A stretch of DNA of 32,000 nt from Pseudodesulfovibrio mercurii (GTDB lineage Bacteria > Desulfobacterota > Desulfovibrionia > Desulfovibrionales > Desulfovibrionaceae). Shown piece after piece: positions 18,477-26,113 of the stretch. The notes under the pieces are model-generated. The model was not told where the DNA came from. It did no database searches and saw nothing but the letters and a program-made list of their open reading frames with translations. The translations under genes were made by a program, and so were the position numbers. Position 1 is the stretch's first letter; the number at the start of each line of letters is the position of its first letter. Location of the stretch: assembly GCF_000189295.2 (NCBI RefSeq), contig NC_016803.1, positions 3,600,001 to 3,632,000 of the forward strand, given 5' to 3'.

Positions 18477-19868
18477 TCATTTCCCTATGCAGAAGGTATC
18501 GAAGATGGCGTTGAGGACGTCGTTCGCCGCGATCTCGCCGGTGATGGACGCGAGCACGTCGCAGGCGGTCTCCAGGCGCACGCTCAGGAGGTCGTAGGGG
18601 ATTCCGGCCCCGGCGTCGGCGGCCAGGCCGGCCAGCTCGCGGTCGGCCTCTGCCAGCACGGCGGCCTGGCGGGCGTTGGGCGCGAGTTCGTCCGGGTCGG
18701 GTTGTCCCGCGCCGCGCAGGACCCGCTCGCGGATGCGCGCGGCCAGCCGGTCCAGCCCCGCGCCGGTTTTGGCCGATACGGCCAGGGTCTCGAAACCGAG
18801 GGCCGCAAGCTGTGCGCCGCCGGTCTCGTCGAAGGCGTCGAGGTCCGCTTTGTTCAGCACGGCCAGCCCCTTGTCCGGGCCCATGCGCCGGGCTGCGTCC
18901 AGGGTCTCGGCGTCGGCGGCCGCGGTCCCGTCCAGGAGGAGCAGGACCAGGGCGGCCCGGTCCCTGAGTTCGCGGCCCATCTCCAGCCCGGCGGCCTCCA
19001 CGGCGTCGTCCGTGGCGCGCATGCCCGCGGTGTCGGCCAGGCGGATGGACAGCCCGTCGAGGTTCAGGGTCTCCTCAAGGTAGTCGCGAGTGGTGCCGGG
19101 GCGGTCCGTGACGATGGCCCGGTTGCGGCCGAGCAGGGCGTTCATCAGGCTGGACTTGCCCGCGTTGACCCGTCCGGCCAGGACCACCAGGGCCCCCTCG
19201 CGCCAGGCCCGGGTGCGGTCCACGGCGCGGAGCAGCCCGGCGATGTCGGCGCGCACGGCCTCGACGGTTCCGGCCAGCTCGTCCGGGGAGAGGCATTCCA
19301 GCTCCTCGTCCGGGAAATCCACAGCCACGGCCAGCTGGGCGCGCAGCCCTTCGAGCCGGGCGCGCAGGTCCGCGATCCTGCGCCCGAGCAGGCCGGACAG
19401 CTTGACCTGGGCCAGGTGCAGGGCCGCCTTGGTGGGCGCGTGGATCATCTCGGCCACGGCCTCGGCCTGGGACAGGTCCATGCGCCCGTGCATGAAGGCG
19501 CGGTAGGTGAACTCGCCGCGCTCGGCCAGGCGCGCGCCCCGGTCCAGGCATTCCTGCAGGACGGCGGCGAGCACGGTGCGTCCGCCGTGGCAGTTGAGTT
19601 CGACCACGTCCTCGCCGGTGTAGGAGTTCGGGCCGGGCATGAAGGCGCAGAGCACGTCGTCCAGGACCGCTTCGCGGGCATCGACCACCCGGCCGTGGTG
19701 CAGCCGGTAGGGCGCGAAGTCCGTGAAGGACGCGACAGCGGGTCGGAACAGGGCGCGGGCGATGGCCCGGGCGCGGGGTCCGCTGATGCGGATAATGCCC
19801 ACGCCGCCGTCGCCGGGCGGGGTGGCGATGGCCGCGATGGTGTCCTGTGCGTGCCGGGGATCGAGCAT
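18477..19868 (-). CDS. mnmE: tRNA modification GTPase MnmE (TrmE)
   Basis: 463 aa. DTIAAIATPPG N-terminus, G-domain motifs GRVNAGKSSL and DTAG, and the C-terminal CIGK. Confidence 0.97.
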   Translation of the reverse strand: MLDPRHAQDTIAAIATPPGDGGVGIIRISGPRARAIARALFRPAVASFTDFAPYRLHHGRVVDAREAVLDDVLCAFMPGPNSYTGEDVVELNCHGGRTVLAAVLQECLDRGARLAERGEFTYRAFMHGRMDLSQAEAVAEMIHAPTKAALHLAQVKLSGLLGRRIADLRARLEGLRAQLAVAVDFPDEELECLSPDELAGTVEAVRADIAGLLRAVDRTRAWREGALVVLAGRVNAGKSSLMNALLGRNRAIVTDRPGTTRDYLEETLNLDGLSIRLADTAGMRATDDAVEAAGLEMGRELRDRAALVLLLLDGTAAADAETLDAARRMGPDKGLAVLNKADLDAFDETGGAQLAALGFETLAVSAKTGAGLDRLAARIRERVLRGAGQPDPDELAPNARQAAVLAEADRELAGLAADAGAGIPYDLLSVRLETACDVLASITGEIAANDVLNAIFDTFCIGK

Positions 19869-19917
19869 GGAGATTCCTTACAGGAGCTTCGCCGGAATGG
19901 CAAAGCCGTTCAGACGT

Positions 19918-19947
19918 GAAAAAGGCCGCTCGGGTGAGCGGCCTTTT
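19918..19947. terminator. Intrinsic terminator or attenuator hairpin between jag and mnmE
   Basis: AAAAAA-GGCCGCTC-GGGT-GAGCGGCC-TTTT. On the minus strand the stem is followed by TTTTTT. Only about 50 nt remain before the mnmE ATG. Confidence 0.7.
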
Positions 19948-19982
19948 CGGATTCATAAGGCTTTCGAGAGTGGGGCAGCGGT

Positions 19983-20058
19983 GCATTTCCTCGGGCGAAG
20001 TTAAACCGGTGGCGTAGCCTAGCTACGGTGAGGATTTAACGAAGCCCGAAAAATGTGC
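19983..20058 (-). other. Extended imperfect hairpin (~76 nt) in the jag 3' region; candidate structured RNA or DNA element
   Basis: Pairings are CGGGC(19992-96)/GCCCG(20044-48), a symmetric GAA/GAA internal loop, GTTAAA(20000-05)/TTTAAC(20035-40), and a 7x7 internal loop. The apical stem is CGTAGC-CTA-GCTACG (20013-20027). The strand assignment is only by context. Confidence 0.4.
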
Positions 20059-20086
20059 AGATGGCCCGCTATCGGAAGCCGCGCCG

Positions 20087-21226
20087 TTAGTACCGTGCGC
20101 GGCCGTTATTGCTCTTGCGGCTCTTCGGGACGATGAGCACGCGCTTCATGGGACCGTCGCCCTTGGAGCGGGTGAAGACCGCCTCGTTGTCCTGCAGGGC
20201 CAGGTGGATGACCCGGCGGTGGTAGGAGGACAGGGGCTTGGTGGACTGGGTCCGGCCCAGGCTGTCCGCCTTCTCGGCCAGGTGCCAGGCGATCTGGCGG
20301 AGCTTGTCGTCCTGGCGCTCGCGGTAGTCGCCGGTGTCCACCTGGATGCGCACCGATCCCTCCATCTTGCGGGAGACCAGGCGGTTGACCAGGTACTGGA
20401 TGGAGGACAGGGTCTGTCCCTCGCGGCCGATGATCAGGCCGGAGTTCTCCTCGTCGTCGATGAACACCTTGACCCGGTCGGATTCCAGGGTGATCTCCAC
20501 GGGGGTCTCGCCCACGATGGGGGTCAGCAGCTCGGCCATGACCTCGCGCACGGCGGTCTCCAGGGCCGCCGGGTCGAACTCGGACATGTCGGTGCGGGGA
20601 CGTTCCTCGCGCGGTTCGCGCGGTTCGCGGGGCTCCCTGGGCTCACGGGGTTCGCGCGGCTTGCGCTCGCGGGGCTCACGCGGCTTGCGTTCGCGGCCCT
20701 TCCGCTCGCCGCCCTTGGGCTGGCGGGGCTTCCGGTCGCGCTGGGCGCGGCGGGGGGCGTCGTCGTCCGGCTCGGGCCGGGCCACGTTGCCGTTGACGTC
20801 GTTGAACTCCTCCACGGGGATGAAGTTGCCGTTGGGCTCGTCCTCGTACTCCTCGACCACGTCGGCTTCCCGGATGTCCGCGATGTCCTCGATGTCGTCG
20901 AATTCGTCGTCGTCCAGGGGCTCTTCCGGCAGAGGTTCTTCCGCCCTGGCCGGGGCTTCCTCGACCCTGGGCTCGGCCTTGGGCTTGGCCTGGCGTTTGG
21001 GCCTGGACGGCTTGGTCTCGCCGTTGAGGATGTCGGAGGCGTTCACCTGGGCGCGCGGCCGGGCCTGGACCTTGGCCTTCTTCACGCCCATGATGCCGAA
21101 GATGCCGGAGGAGCCTCCGGCCAGGATCTCGATTTCCAGGCGTTCGCGTTGCAGGTTGAAATAGTCACATGCGCTTTCGATTGCTTCGTCCAGGTCCTTG
21201 CCCTGGAATTCCTTGAAGTCGCTCAT
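20087..21226 (-). CDS. jag: Jag/KhpB-type RNA-binding protein (Jag_N + KH + R3H) with an expanded disordered linker
   Basis: N-terminus MSDFKEFQGKDLDEAIESACDYFNL (Jag_N). The C-terminus has KH/R3H-like segments (LIIGREGQTLSSIQYL, SYHRRVIHLAL). It lies directly downstream of yidC. Confidence 0.9.
   Translation of the reverse strand: MSDFKEFQGKDLDEAIESACDYFNLQRERLEIEILAGGSSGIFGIMGVKKAKVQARPRAQVNASDILNGETKPSRPKRQAKPKAEPRVEEAPARAEEPLPEEPLDDDEFDDIEDIADIREADVVEEYEDEPNGNFIPVEEFNDVNGNVARPEPDDDAPRRAQRDRKPRQPKGGERKGRERKPREPRERKPREPREPREPREPREPREERPRTDMSEFDPAALETAVREVMAELLTPIVGETPVEITLESDRVKVFIDDEENSGLIIGREGQTLSSIQYLVNRLVSRKMEGSVRIQVDTGDYRERQDDKLRQIAWHLAEKADSLGRTQSTKPLSSYHRRVIHLALQDNEAVFTRSKGDGPMKRVLIVPKSRKSNNGRARY
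20604..20696 (-). repeat. In-frame imperfect 9-bp tandem repeat encoding (PRE)n / RKPREP inside jag
   Basis: The protein reads RERKPREPRERKPREPREPREPREPREPREERPR. The DNA shows GCGCGGTTC/GCGGGGCTC-type 9-nt periodicity. Confidence 0.8.
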
Positions 21227-21271
21227 TCTCGTATCCTTATCAAGCCGGGGTGATGAAGCCCCCCGGAGGCG

Positions 21272-22939
21272 TTAGTCGTTGCTCGCGGCGGTCTTGACCC
21301 TGGACTTCCTGGCGATCATCAACTGCTGTCCGATGGACAGGAGGTTGTTGAACAGCCAGTAGATGACCAGGCCCGAGGGGAACTGGAGGAACATGAAGGT
21401 GAAGACCAGCGGCATGATGAGCATGATCTTCTGCTGCGTGGGATCGCCCGCGCTCGGGGTCATCTTCTGTTGCAGGAACATGGACGCGCCCATGATGATC
21501 GGCGAGATGTAGTACGGGTCCTTGGCGGACAGGTCGGCCAGCCAGGGCAGGTCGGTGAAGGGCAGGTGCGCGATGAACGGCGCGTGGCGAAGTTCCACGG
21601 CGCCGAGCAGGGCCTTGTACAGGCCGAAGAAGACAGGAATCTGCACGACCATGGGCAGGCAGCCGCCCATGGGGTTGACCTTGTACGTCTTGTACAGGGC
21701 CATGGTCTCCTGGTTGAGGCGCTGCTTGTCGTCGCCGTACTTCTCGCGCAGCTTGGCGACCATGGGCTGGAGCTTCTTCATCTTTTCCATGGAGCCGTAG
21801 CTCTTCTGGGACAGGGGCCAGAAGATCAGCTTGATGATCACGGTCAGGATGATGATGGCCACGCCGTAGTTGCCGACGAAGCCGTAGAAGAAGTTCAGGC
21901 CCACCAGCAGGGGCTTGGCCAGGAAGTCGAACCAGCCGAAGTTCACGGCGTCGGCCAGGTCGTTGGGCATGGCGTTCAGCATCTTGCGGTCCGTGGGACC
22001 GACGAAGTAGCTGGTCTTGAGGGTCTTGGCCACGTTGGGCATGAAGGTGGCCTTGTCGGTCACGGCCATGCGGAAGATGTCGTCCTGCACGCCGCCGGAC
22101 AGGGAGGCGTTCTCGCCGCCGGGAATGACCGCGAACAGGAAGTAGTTGGACTCGATGGCCCCCCACTTGAGGTCGGCCGGGGCCGTGATGCCGTCCTTCT
22201 TGAGGTCGTCGCGGTCGGTCATCTCCTTGCGCGTGTCCTTGGTCAGGTAGGCGATCTTGGTCGGGTTGTAGCGGTCGTCCTCGTCGGACATGGACTTGGC
22301 CGCGGCGGTGAAGGACAGGGCGCCCTCGGCCCCGGTGCCGGTCAGGTTGGTGACCGTGGCGGACTCGTCGATGAGATAGGTGTCCGGGTGGAAGGTCAGG
22401 ACCCGCTCGATGCGGTAGCCGTCCACCTGGCCGGTGAAGGTCAGGGTCTTGGTGCCGTCACCCTCGGCCAGGGTCAGGTCGGAGCCGGAGAAGGCCCATT
22501 TGCCGCGCTTCCAGGTGTGGTATTCCTTGTCGTTCAGGGTCAGGATCAGGCCCAGCGGCCCCTTGGCGAAGGCGTTGGGACCGACCAGGTCCACGAACGG
22601 TGAGTCCTTCTGGATGGTCTCGCGGTAGTTCTTGAGGATGAACTTTTCGAGCACGCCGCCCTGGGAAGTGAACACGGCGGTGTACAGCGGGGTGTCCACC
22701 GTGACGGACACGCCGTCGGTGGGCACGAAATCGGCAACGGGAGCAGCTTCCTTGGCGAGTTCGGCTGCGTCTTGGGTCTTCTGGGTGAGGGCGGCCGTCT
22801 TCTGCTCGGCCTCGGCGGCCTTGCGGGCCATTTCCGCCTTTTGTTCCGCCGAGGGCCCGGTGAGATATTGCCATCCGAAGAGGACAATGAAGCTCAGGAC
22901 CAGGGCAATTACAAGACGGATTTGCTCCTTCTTCTCCAT
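21272..22939 (-). CDS. yidC: Membrane protein insertase YidC
   Basis: 555 aa from the ATG at 22939 ([26 protein letters not shown]). Conserved C-terminal TM core ([24 protein letters not shown]). Confidence 0.96.
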   Translation of the reverse strand: MEKKEQIRLVIALVLSFIVLFGWQYLTGPSAEQKAEMARKAAEAEQKTAALTQKTQDAAELAKEAAPVADFVPTDGVSVTVDTPLYTAVFTSQGGVLEKFILKNYRETIQKDSPFVDLVGPNAFAKGPLGLILTLNDKEYHTWKRGKWAFSGSDLTLAEGDGTKTLTFTGQVDGYRIERVLTFHPDTYLIDESATVTNLTGTGAEGALSFTAAAKSMSDEDDRYNPTKIAYLTKDTRKEMTDRDDLKKDGITAPADLKWGAIESNYFLFAVIPGGENASLSGGVQDDIFRMAVTDKATFMPNVAKTLKTSYFVGPTDRKMLNAMPNDLADAVNFGWFDFLAKPLLVGLNFFYGFVGNYGVAIIILTVIIKLIFWPLSQKSYGSMEKMKKLQPMVAKLREKYGDDKQRLNQETMALYKTYKVNPMGGCLPMVVQIPVFFGLYKALLGAVELRHAPFIAHLPFTDLPWLADLSAKDPYYISPIIMGASMFLQQKMTPSAGDPTQQKIMLIMPLVFTFMFLQFPSGLVIYWLFNNLLSIGQQLMIARKSRVKTAASND

Positions 22940-23190
22940 GGGGTGAATCTCGCTTTGGTTTTGGAATCGGGCCAAACGGCCGGGACGGGGTCAAATCCCC
23001 CGCGGCATAGAGGCTGGCAACGAAGGAGACGCCAAAGCGTAAGAAGGCTCCCCTTGAAGGCGCCGTGGCGGATCAGGGCTTCCTTGGCGTACTCGGAGCA
23101 CGTCGGATGGAACCTGCACGCCGGAGGCAGCAAGGGGGAGATGAGTTTTTGGTAAAACCAAATGAGCGCCAGAAAAATGGAGCGCATCAT
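22909..23190 (-). CDS. yidD: Membrane protein insertion efficiency factor YidD
   Basis: [31 protein letters not shown]...[15 protein letters not shown] 23-aa C-terminal tail overlaps the yidC start by 31 nt. Confidence 0.9.
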   Translation of the reverse strand: MMRSIFLALIWFYQKLISPLLPPACRFHPTCSEYAKEALIRHGAFKGSLLTLWRLLRCQPLCRGGFDPVPAVWPDSKTKARFTPWRRRSKSVL

Positions 23191-23197
23191 TTCCTCT

Positions 23198-23536
23198 CTA
23201 AGAGGCCGCCGCTTCCGCCCGCAAACGGCTTAAAAGCGGGGTAAACTCTTCTGTGGCGAGGGCGAGGGTCAGCTGCTTGGCCTCAAGGTTCCGCTTCGGA
23301 ACAACGACGACATCCAGAGGCAAATCAAAATCGAATTGATGCAGCCTGAAATACTCGCGCACCACCCTCTTTATACGGTTGCGCGCCACTGCATGCCCCA
23401 TCTTTTTACTGACAGTCAGCCCCAGACGTATACCGGGTCCGGGGCTGCTGCGCTTGAGGATGAACAGGATGAAACTTCGGGTGAAATGCTTCTTGCCCTG
23501 TTCGTAACAAGCTTTGAATTCAGGGCTTCTGAGCAG
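23198..23536 (-). CDS. rnpA: RNase P protein component RnpA (start uncertain and non-canonical)
   Basis: The RNRIKR motif and the conserved N-terminal half ([17 protein letters not shown]...[10 protein letters not shown]) are in one frame. The only ATG/GTG/TTG in that frame is at 23401, which gives 67 aa. I placed the start at CTG 23536 (AAGGAG 6 nt upstream). ATT at 23569 is an alternative. Confidence 0.75.
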   Translation of the reverse strand: MLRSPEFKACYEQGKKHFTRSFILFILKRSSPGPGIRLGLTVSKKMGHAVARNRIKRVVREYFRLHQFDFDLPLDVVVVPKRNLEAKQLTLALATEEFTPLLSRLRAEAAAS

Positions 23537-23556
23537 CCGGCGCTCCTTGTTCCAAG

Positions 23557-23691
23557 CTAGACGGCTAATCTCTTACGACCTTTTGCGCGGCGGCGGGCAA
23601 GCACCTTGCGACCGTTTTTGGTGCGGGAGCGCACCAGGAAACCGTGAGTTCTTTTGCGACGGCATTTGCTGGGCTGATACGTGCGTTTCAT
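23557..23691 (-). CDS. rpmH: 50S ribosomal protein L34
   Basis: Not in the ORF track because it is under 60 aa. My translation is [44 protein letters not shown]-stop. AGGAGA lies upstream of the ATG at 23691. Confidence 0.97.
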   Translation of the reverse strand: MKRTYQPSKCRRKRTHGFLVRSRTKNGRKVLARRRAKGRKRLAV

Positions 23692-23744
23692 ATCGGTAAT
23701 CTCCTGAAGAGTGAAATTTTGTTGGAAGTTGCGTTGAACGGAAG

Positions 23745-23773
23745 CATATAACCGCTGCCACCGGGACCGTCAA
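23745..23773 (-). promoter_or_regulatory. Putative sigma70 promoter of the rpmH-rnpA-yidD-yidC-jag operon
   Basis: On the minus strand: TTGACG (23773-23768), 17 nt spacer, TATATG (23750-23745). About 55 nt upstream of the rpmH ATG. Confidence 0.55.
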
Positions 23774-23921
23774 GCGCTATTTTCACGGTCGTTCCGGGAC
23801 CCCGCTTCCGGCCGGGCGGGTTTTCTGCTACAAGCTTTTTCACCGCTTGGCGAGTGAAAAAACGACCGTTTTCCCAATTGCCACAATTTACCCTTCTAAG
23901 GAAGTATATATCGGAGACAGC

Positions 23922-24575
23922 ATGGACAAGCCCATGGACAACTACTGGCGTCTGAACCTCGCCGATCTCAAGGAACAGCTCGAACACAACGGCTTCGACG
24001 TGTACATGGCCGACACCCCGGCCGGGGCGCGCGAGGTCGTGGTCAACGAGATCCTGCCGGACATCCGGCCCAAAACCGTGTCCTGGGGCGGGTCCGCCAC
24101 CCTGGCCGCCTCCGGCCTGTACGACTACCTGCGCGACAGCCCGGACTACGAAGCCCTGGACACCTGGGACCAGTCCCTGTCCACCGAGGACAAGTACGAG
24201 CTGCGCCGCCGCGCCCTGCTGGCGGACTGCTTCTTCACCGGGACCAACGCCGTGACCCGCGAGGGCCACCTGGTCAACCTCGACATGTACGGCAACCGCG
24301 TGGGGGCCATCACCTTCGGCCCGCGCAACGTGGTCCTGCTCATCGGCCGCAACAAGCTCGTGCCCGACCTGGAACGGGCCATGGAGCGGATCAAGGAGTA
24401 CGTGGCGCCCGTCAACACCATGCGCCTGAACATGAAGACCCCCTGCGTCAAGACCGGCTACTGCATGGACTGCTCCTCGCCCGACCGCATCTGCAACGTC
24501 TGGACGATCACCGAAAAATCCTTCCCCAAAGGCCGCATCAAAATCGTTCTCATCAACGCCGACGAGGGGTTTTAA
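23922..24575 (+). CDS. LUD-domain (lactate-utilisation LutC/YkgG-like, DUF162) protein with a C-terminal Cys cluster
   Basis: I prefer the ATG at 23922 to the TTG at 23847. The pattern VSWGGSATL...FFTGTNAVTREGHLVNLDMYGNRVGAITFGP is typical of the family. The Cys cluster is CVKTGYCMDCSSPDRIC. Confidence 0.75.
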   Translation: MDKPMDNYWRLNLADLKEQLEHNGFDVYMADTPAGAREVVVNEILPDIRPKTVSWGGSATLAASGLYDYLRDSPDYEALDTWDQSLSTEDKYELRRRALLADCFFTGTNAVTREGHLVNLDMYGNRVGAITFGPRNVVLLIGRNKLVPDLERAMERIKEYVAPVNTMRLNMKTPCVKTGYCMDCSSPDRICNVWTITEKSFPKGRIKIVLINADEGF

Positions 24576-24581
24576 GGGGGA

Positions 24582-24712
24582 GGCCTCCGGCGGCCGGGGG
24601 AAGGGGAGAGGGAAACCCTTTGAGAAAAGGGTTTCCCTCTCCCCTTCCCCCGGACCCCCATCCCCTCTTCCTTCCTAAACTTTTTAGTGCCGCTTTGCGG
24701 GGTTTGGTGTGG
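24582..24712 (+). repeat. Structured 3'-end element, copy C (most complete)
   Basis: The head GGCCTCCGGCGGCC begins 6 nt after the TAA stop at 24573-24575. A perfect 26-bp stem (24596-24621 with 24626-24651) closes a GAGA loop. It is followed by GGACCCCCATCCCCTCTTCCTTCCTAAACTTTTTAGTGCCGCTTTGCGGGG. Confidence 0.88.
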
Positions 24713-24720
24713 ATGAGGGG

Positions 24721-24802
24721 TGTTCCTAAAATGTTCATAACCGGGGGTGGTGTGGAAAAAATGTTCGTAAACGTGTTCGTATGTTGTTCCGTGTTTGGAA
24801 CA
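24721..24802 (+). promoter_or_regulatory. Phased TGTTC direct-repeat array upstream of the UPF0280 gene
   Basis: TGTTC starts at 24721, 24732, 24762, 24774 and 24785 (spacings 11, 30, 12, 11 nt), with an inverted GAACA at 24798-24802. A longer unit AAAATGTTC[A/G]TAA occurs at 24728-24740 and 24757-24770. Confidence 0.4.
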
Positions 24803-24822
24803 TCGGTTCGGAGGGGCTGGTG

Positions 24823-25569
24823 ATGGGCGGGAAGCATCTTTCCTCGGAGCGCGGCTACCGGCGCATGGTCCGAGCCCGGGAGGGCGAGGTCCGCTTTCAG
24901 GTGGCCGTGGAGCAGACCGACCTGCTCGTGGTCGCCGAGCTGGACCTGCGCGACGAGATCGCGGCCTTCGTGACCAAGGTGCGCGGCGATATCAAGAACT
25001 GGATTCTCTTTCACCGGGAGTTCGCCGAGAGCCTGACGCCCGTGGCCGTTCCTGATACCGCGCCGGACATCGTCCGGGCCATGGCCGACGCGGCCGCATC
25101 GTGCGGAGTGGGGCCCATGGCCGCCGTGGCCGGGGCCGTGGCCCAGGCCGTGGGCGAGGCCTTCGCGCCGCGCAGCCCGAACATCCTGGTGGAGAACGGC
25201 GGGGACACCTACCTGTGCTCCACGCGCGAACGGGTGGTCGCCCTGCTGGCCGAGCCCGAGTCCGGGGCGTCCATCGGCCTGCGCCTGGCGGCCGACGCCT
25301 TTCCCGTGGCCCTGTGCGCCTCCAGCGGGACCATCGGCCATTCCCTGAGCCTCGGGACCGGCGACCTGGTGGCCGTGCGCGCCCGGGACGCCCGGCTGGC
25401 CGACGCCGCGGCCACGGCCCTGGGCAATCTGCTCCACTCGGAAAAGGATCTGGACCGGGTCCTGAAGCGGGCCCGCGAACTGGCCCCCCACGGGCTGGAC
25501 GGGGTCTTCGCCCAGTTCGACGCCAAGGTGGCCGCCTGGGGCGATCTGGAACTGGTGGCCCTGGACTAG
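24823..25569 (+). CDS. UPF0280 / ApbE-superfamily protein
   Basis: ATG at 24823 with GGAGGGG upstream. Pattern GVGPMAAVAGAVAQAVG...ENGGD.Y...ALCASSGTIGHSLSLG. Confidence 0.7.
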   Translation: MGGKHLSSERGYRRMVRAREGEVRFQVAVEQTDLLVVAELDLRDEIAAFVTKVRGDIKNWILFHREFAESLTPVAVPDTAPDIVRAMADAAASCGVGPMAAVAGAVAQAVGEAFAPRSPNILVENGGDTYLCSTRERVVALLAEPESGASIGLRLAADAFPVALCASSGTIGHSLSLGTGDLVAVRARDARLADAAATALGNLLHSEKDLDRVLKRARELAPHGLDGVFAQFDAKVAAWGDLELVALD

Positions 25570-25576
25570 GCCGGGC

Positions 25577-26113
25577 TCAGAGCCACTGGCCGTAAATCCA
25601 CAGGTCCGTGGTCCGGCCCCACTTGCGGACCACCCCCCGGCGCACGCCCTCCAGGCGGAAGCCGGTCTTCTCCAGCACTCGGCGCGAGGCCGGATTCCAG
25701 CCGAAGCAGGTGGCCGTGAGCTGTTCGATGGCGGTCTGGTCGCGCATGTAGCGGACCAGCTCGGTGACGACCTCGGTGGCCAGCCCCCGGCCCCAGAGAG
25801 ACGGGTCGAGCCAGTAGCCCGTGGTGGCCGTGTGCGCCTCCACGCCCTCGCCCCGGACGGTCCCGCAGCTGCCCGCCAGCTCCCCGTCGAGGAAGACCGC
25901 GAACTGCCACTTGTCTTCGCCCGCGCCGTCGCGGCTCCAGCGGACCAGCCGTTTGGCCGCCGTCTCGTCAAAGGGGTGGGGAAAGCGGAAGGAGGTGTTC
26001 CAGGAGATGTCCCGCGTGCTGGCCACGGGCGGGATCAGGGGCGTGTCCTCCGCGCGCCACGGGCGCAGCAGGCAGCGGTCCGTGCGCAGGACGGTGCGCA
26101 GGAAGTCGGTCAC
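25577..26113 (-). CDS. GNAT-family N-acetyltransferase (RimJ/RimL-like)
   Basis: LRTDRCLLRPWRAEDTP..., GYWLDPSLWGRGLATE, NPASRRVLEKTGFRLEG. The GTG start overlaps the upstream stop as GTGA. Confidence 0.88.
   Translation of the reverse strand: MTDFLRTVLRTDRCLLRPWRAEDTPLIPPVASTRDISWNTSFRFPHPFDETAAKRLVRWSRDGAGEDKWQFAVFLDGELAGSCGTVRGEGVEAHTATTGYWLDPSLWGRGLATEVVTELVRYMRDQTAIEQLTATCFGWNPASRRVLEKTGFRLEGVRRGVVRKWGRTTDLWIYGQWL

Noticed and set aside
20000-20040. GTTAAAC ... ATTTAAC pair resembling the integron attC core (GTTRRRY) and inverse core (RYYYAAC)
   Set aside because: The order is inverted relative to a real attC, which reads RYYYAAC...GTTRRRY on the top strand, and this holds on either strand. 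There is also no integron integrase or cassette array in the window.
23692-23921. Possible oriC/DnaA-box cluster, because rpmH-rnpA-yidC-jag-mnmE often neighbours dnaA
   Set aside because: No dnaA gene flanks rpmH here. The best DnaA-box-like string (ATTGCCACA) matches only 6 of 9 positions, and there is no cluster or AT-rich unwinding element.
24585-24674. Small minus-strand ORF inside the repeat element with a strong SD-like AGGAAGGAAGAGGGG before an ATG (MGVRGKGRGKPFSQRVSLSPSPGRRRPPP in copy C; MGVRGKGRKTPFLKGV... in copy B)
   Set aside because: Indels between copies shift the reading frame after about 8 codons, so the peptide is not conserved, while the nucleotide hairpin is. Copy A is interrupted. 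This is consistent with a non-coding element.
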